Positions 62,587 to 64,000 of a stretch of DNA of 64,000 nt are shown piece after piece. How positions within the stretch are numbered: the first letter of the stretch is position 1; each line of letters starts with the position of its first letter. The notes beneath the pieces were generated by a model, which worked only from the letters and a program-made list of their open reading frames with translations, was not told the DNA's origin and made no database searches. The translations under genes and the position numbers were made by a program. The stretch lies in NCBI GenBank assembly GCA_002269645.1, contig NIVC01000200.1:706543-770542 (forward strand). Reading direction: 5' to 3'. Source of the stretch: Macrostomum lignano. Taxonomy: Eukaryota.

Positions 62587-64000
62587 CTATTTGCACCTAT
62601 TTGCACAAAAAAACCTAGGCTGTCCACCATTCAGTGTTCAATTCATCAGGTTCTGCTTACCAAAGTTTAATTGACAGTTGAAAATTCCTTAAATTACATT
62701 AATTAAGAATTCAAAAAATTACTGGCTAATTCTAAGAATACAAAGTTACAGACTTAAGACATCTATAACACTAAATTTTTAAATCTGCATCACATCTTTG
62801 CAAAAAATTTCCAGACCAGGATGCTGTTTGCACCCTTTGCACAAAAAACCCAGCTTTTTTAATTAATGTTATTTATAAGAAGCCAAAATTTATAATTGAC
62901 TTTTAAGAATGAATGAATTTTTGTCTATTTTATATAAAAACATTTATTTTCATCAAAATTGTCATGTGCAGCATAAATTTGTATGCCAAACAATCTGCAT
63001 GAATTTATATGCCAAAATTTATACACCAACTTTGAAAGAGATCAGTTGTATGCTAGAATTTTCTGGCATATATTTAATCTTCTGGAGTCTAGATTTCAAT
63101 AGGCCTATGACTATATAGTTATGAGAACTTGTACTTTACATATCTAATAATATTATCTACTTAACTGAGAATTGACAGGCCATTGGGGTTATTGATTTGA
63201 TAGAGTTAGGATAATATAAATAAATGAATATTGTCAATTTTAAATCAAACTGAGAGGAACTCTTAAGTTCCTGGAATTTCATTGTCAATGCCATCTCTAT
63301 GGTGTGGTTGGGTAATAAAGGCTAAAGTTAAGATGAATGTTTTCACTTTCAAAGGGGAGCTCTTAAGTACCTGCATGGATTTGGAGACTAAGCAACAGAG
63401 TTTCAATGCTATATGCATGCTGCATTGTTAGGTGATGGGGAGACTAACTAAAGTTAAGATGTATATTTTCACTTTCAATGCAGAGGAGCTCTTCAGTCCC
63501 TAGGGTTAAGGACTAAAAACAATGGAGTTTTAATTCCTTGTGCTTATTGAGGTTAGGTGGTAGAATAAAGTTAAGATGAATGTTTTCATTCTCAATGTGA
63601 GGGTTGAGGGGAGCTCTTAACCCGCTGGGATGCAACTCCAACATTTTGCAATCTGTTGGTTCAATTTTGGACCGAAATTAACACAAAATTTACTTTTGGT
63701 CCAACTTTGAACCATTTAAAACACAATTTTTGTCATCTAAAAAGTTGTCTGGCTGTCTGAGATTTTTTGTACCAATTTTTGCATGACTGAAACCCGATTT
63801 TTTCAAACATTTATCAGATTTAAAAGATTTATTAAACATAGGTGTAATTGTAGGAATATTAAAACTTATGGCAGAAATTTTTGTTGAAATTTATTATAAA
63901 AAGTCCATCTCAATGGGGTGCTTTTGTAGAAATCAGGTGCTAGAAAAACCGTACTCAAGCCTGAGCTGCCTGGCAGCTATTAGATTATATTAGATTAGAG

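Overview
Eukaryotic (invertebrate animal) genomic DNA with GT-AG introns and very dense micro/minisatellites. Composition and homopolymer-rich proteins resemble a free-living flatworm such as Macrostomum, but that is only my inference. Four host genes can be reconstructed by hand. (1) The 3' part of a DEG/ENaC channel (+, <1-2909) with an apparent 1-nt frameshift. (2) An FBXO9-like F-box gene (-, main exon 9512-8215; last exon not found). (3) A 10-exon, 729-aa divergent PP2A scaffold (A subunit)-like HEAT protein (-, 27027-16453). (4) A 3-exon, 730-aa FoxJ1-like forkhead gene (+, 42243-48693). The window also holds an intact 4.2-kb hAT transposon with a perfect 8-bp TSD (58366-62586), several MITEs, a tRNA-derived SINE, two copies of a satellite-carrying non-autonomous element, and about 20 tandem arrays. 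The most notable signals are: the FoxJ1-like protein has its near-invariant DNA-recognition helix changed (NSIRHNLS to SAVRYNLT); the PP2A-A-like protein keeps the C-subunit-binding repeats but has lost the B-subunit-binding residues, gains a 124-aa tail and carries RFX X-box-like sites; and 8 of its 9 introns each hold a different minisatellite. All homology calls come from remembered motifs; no database search was run.
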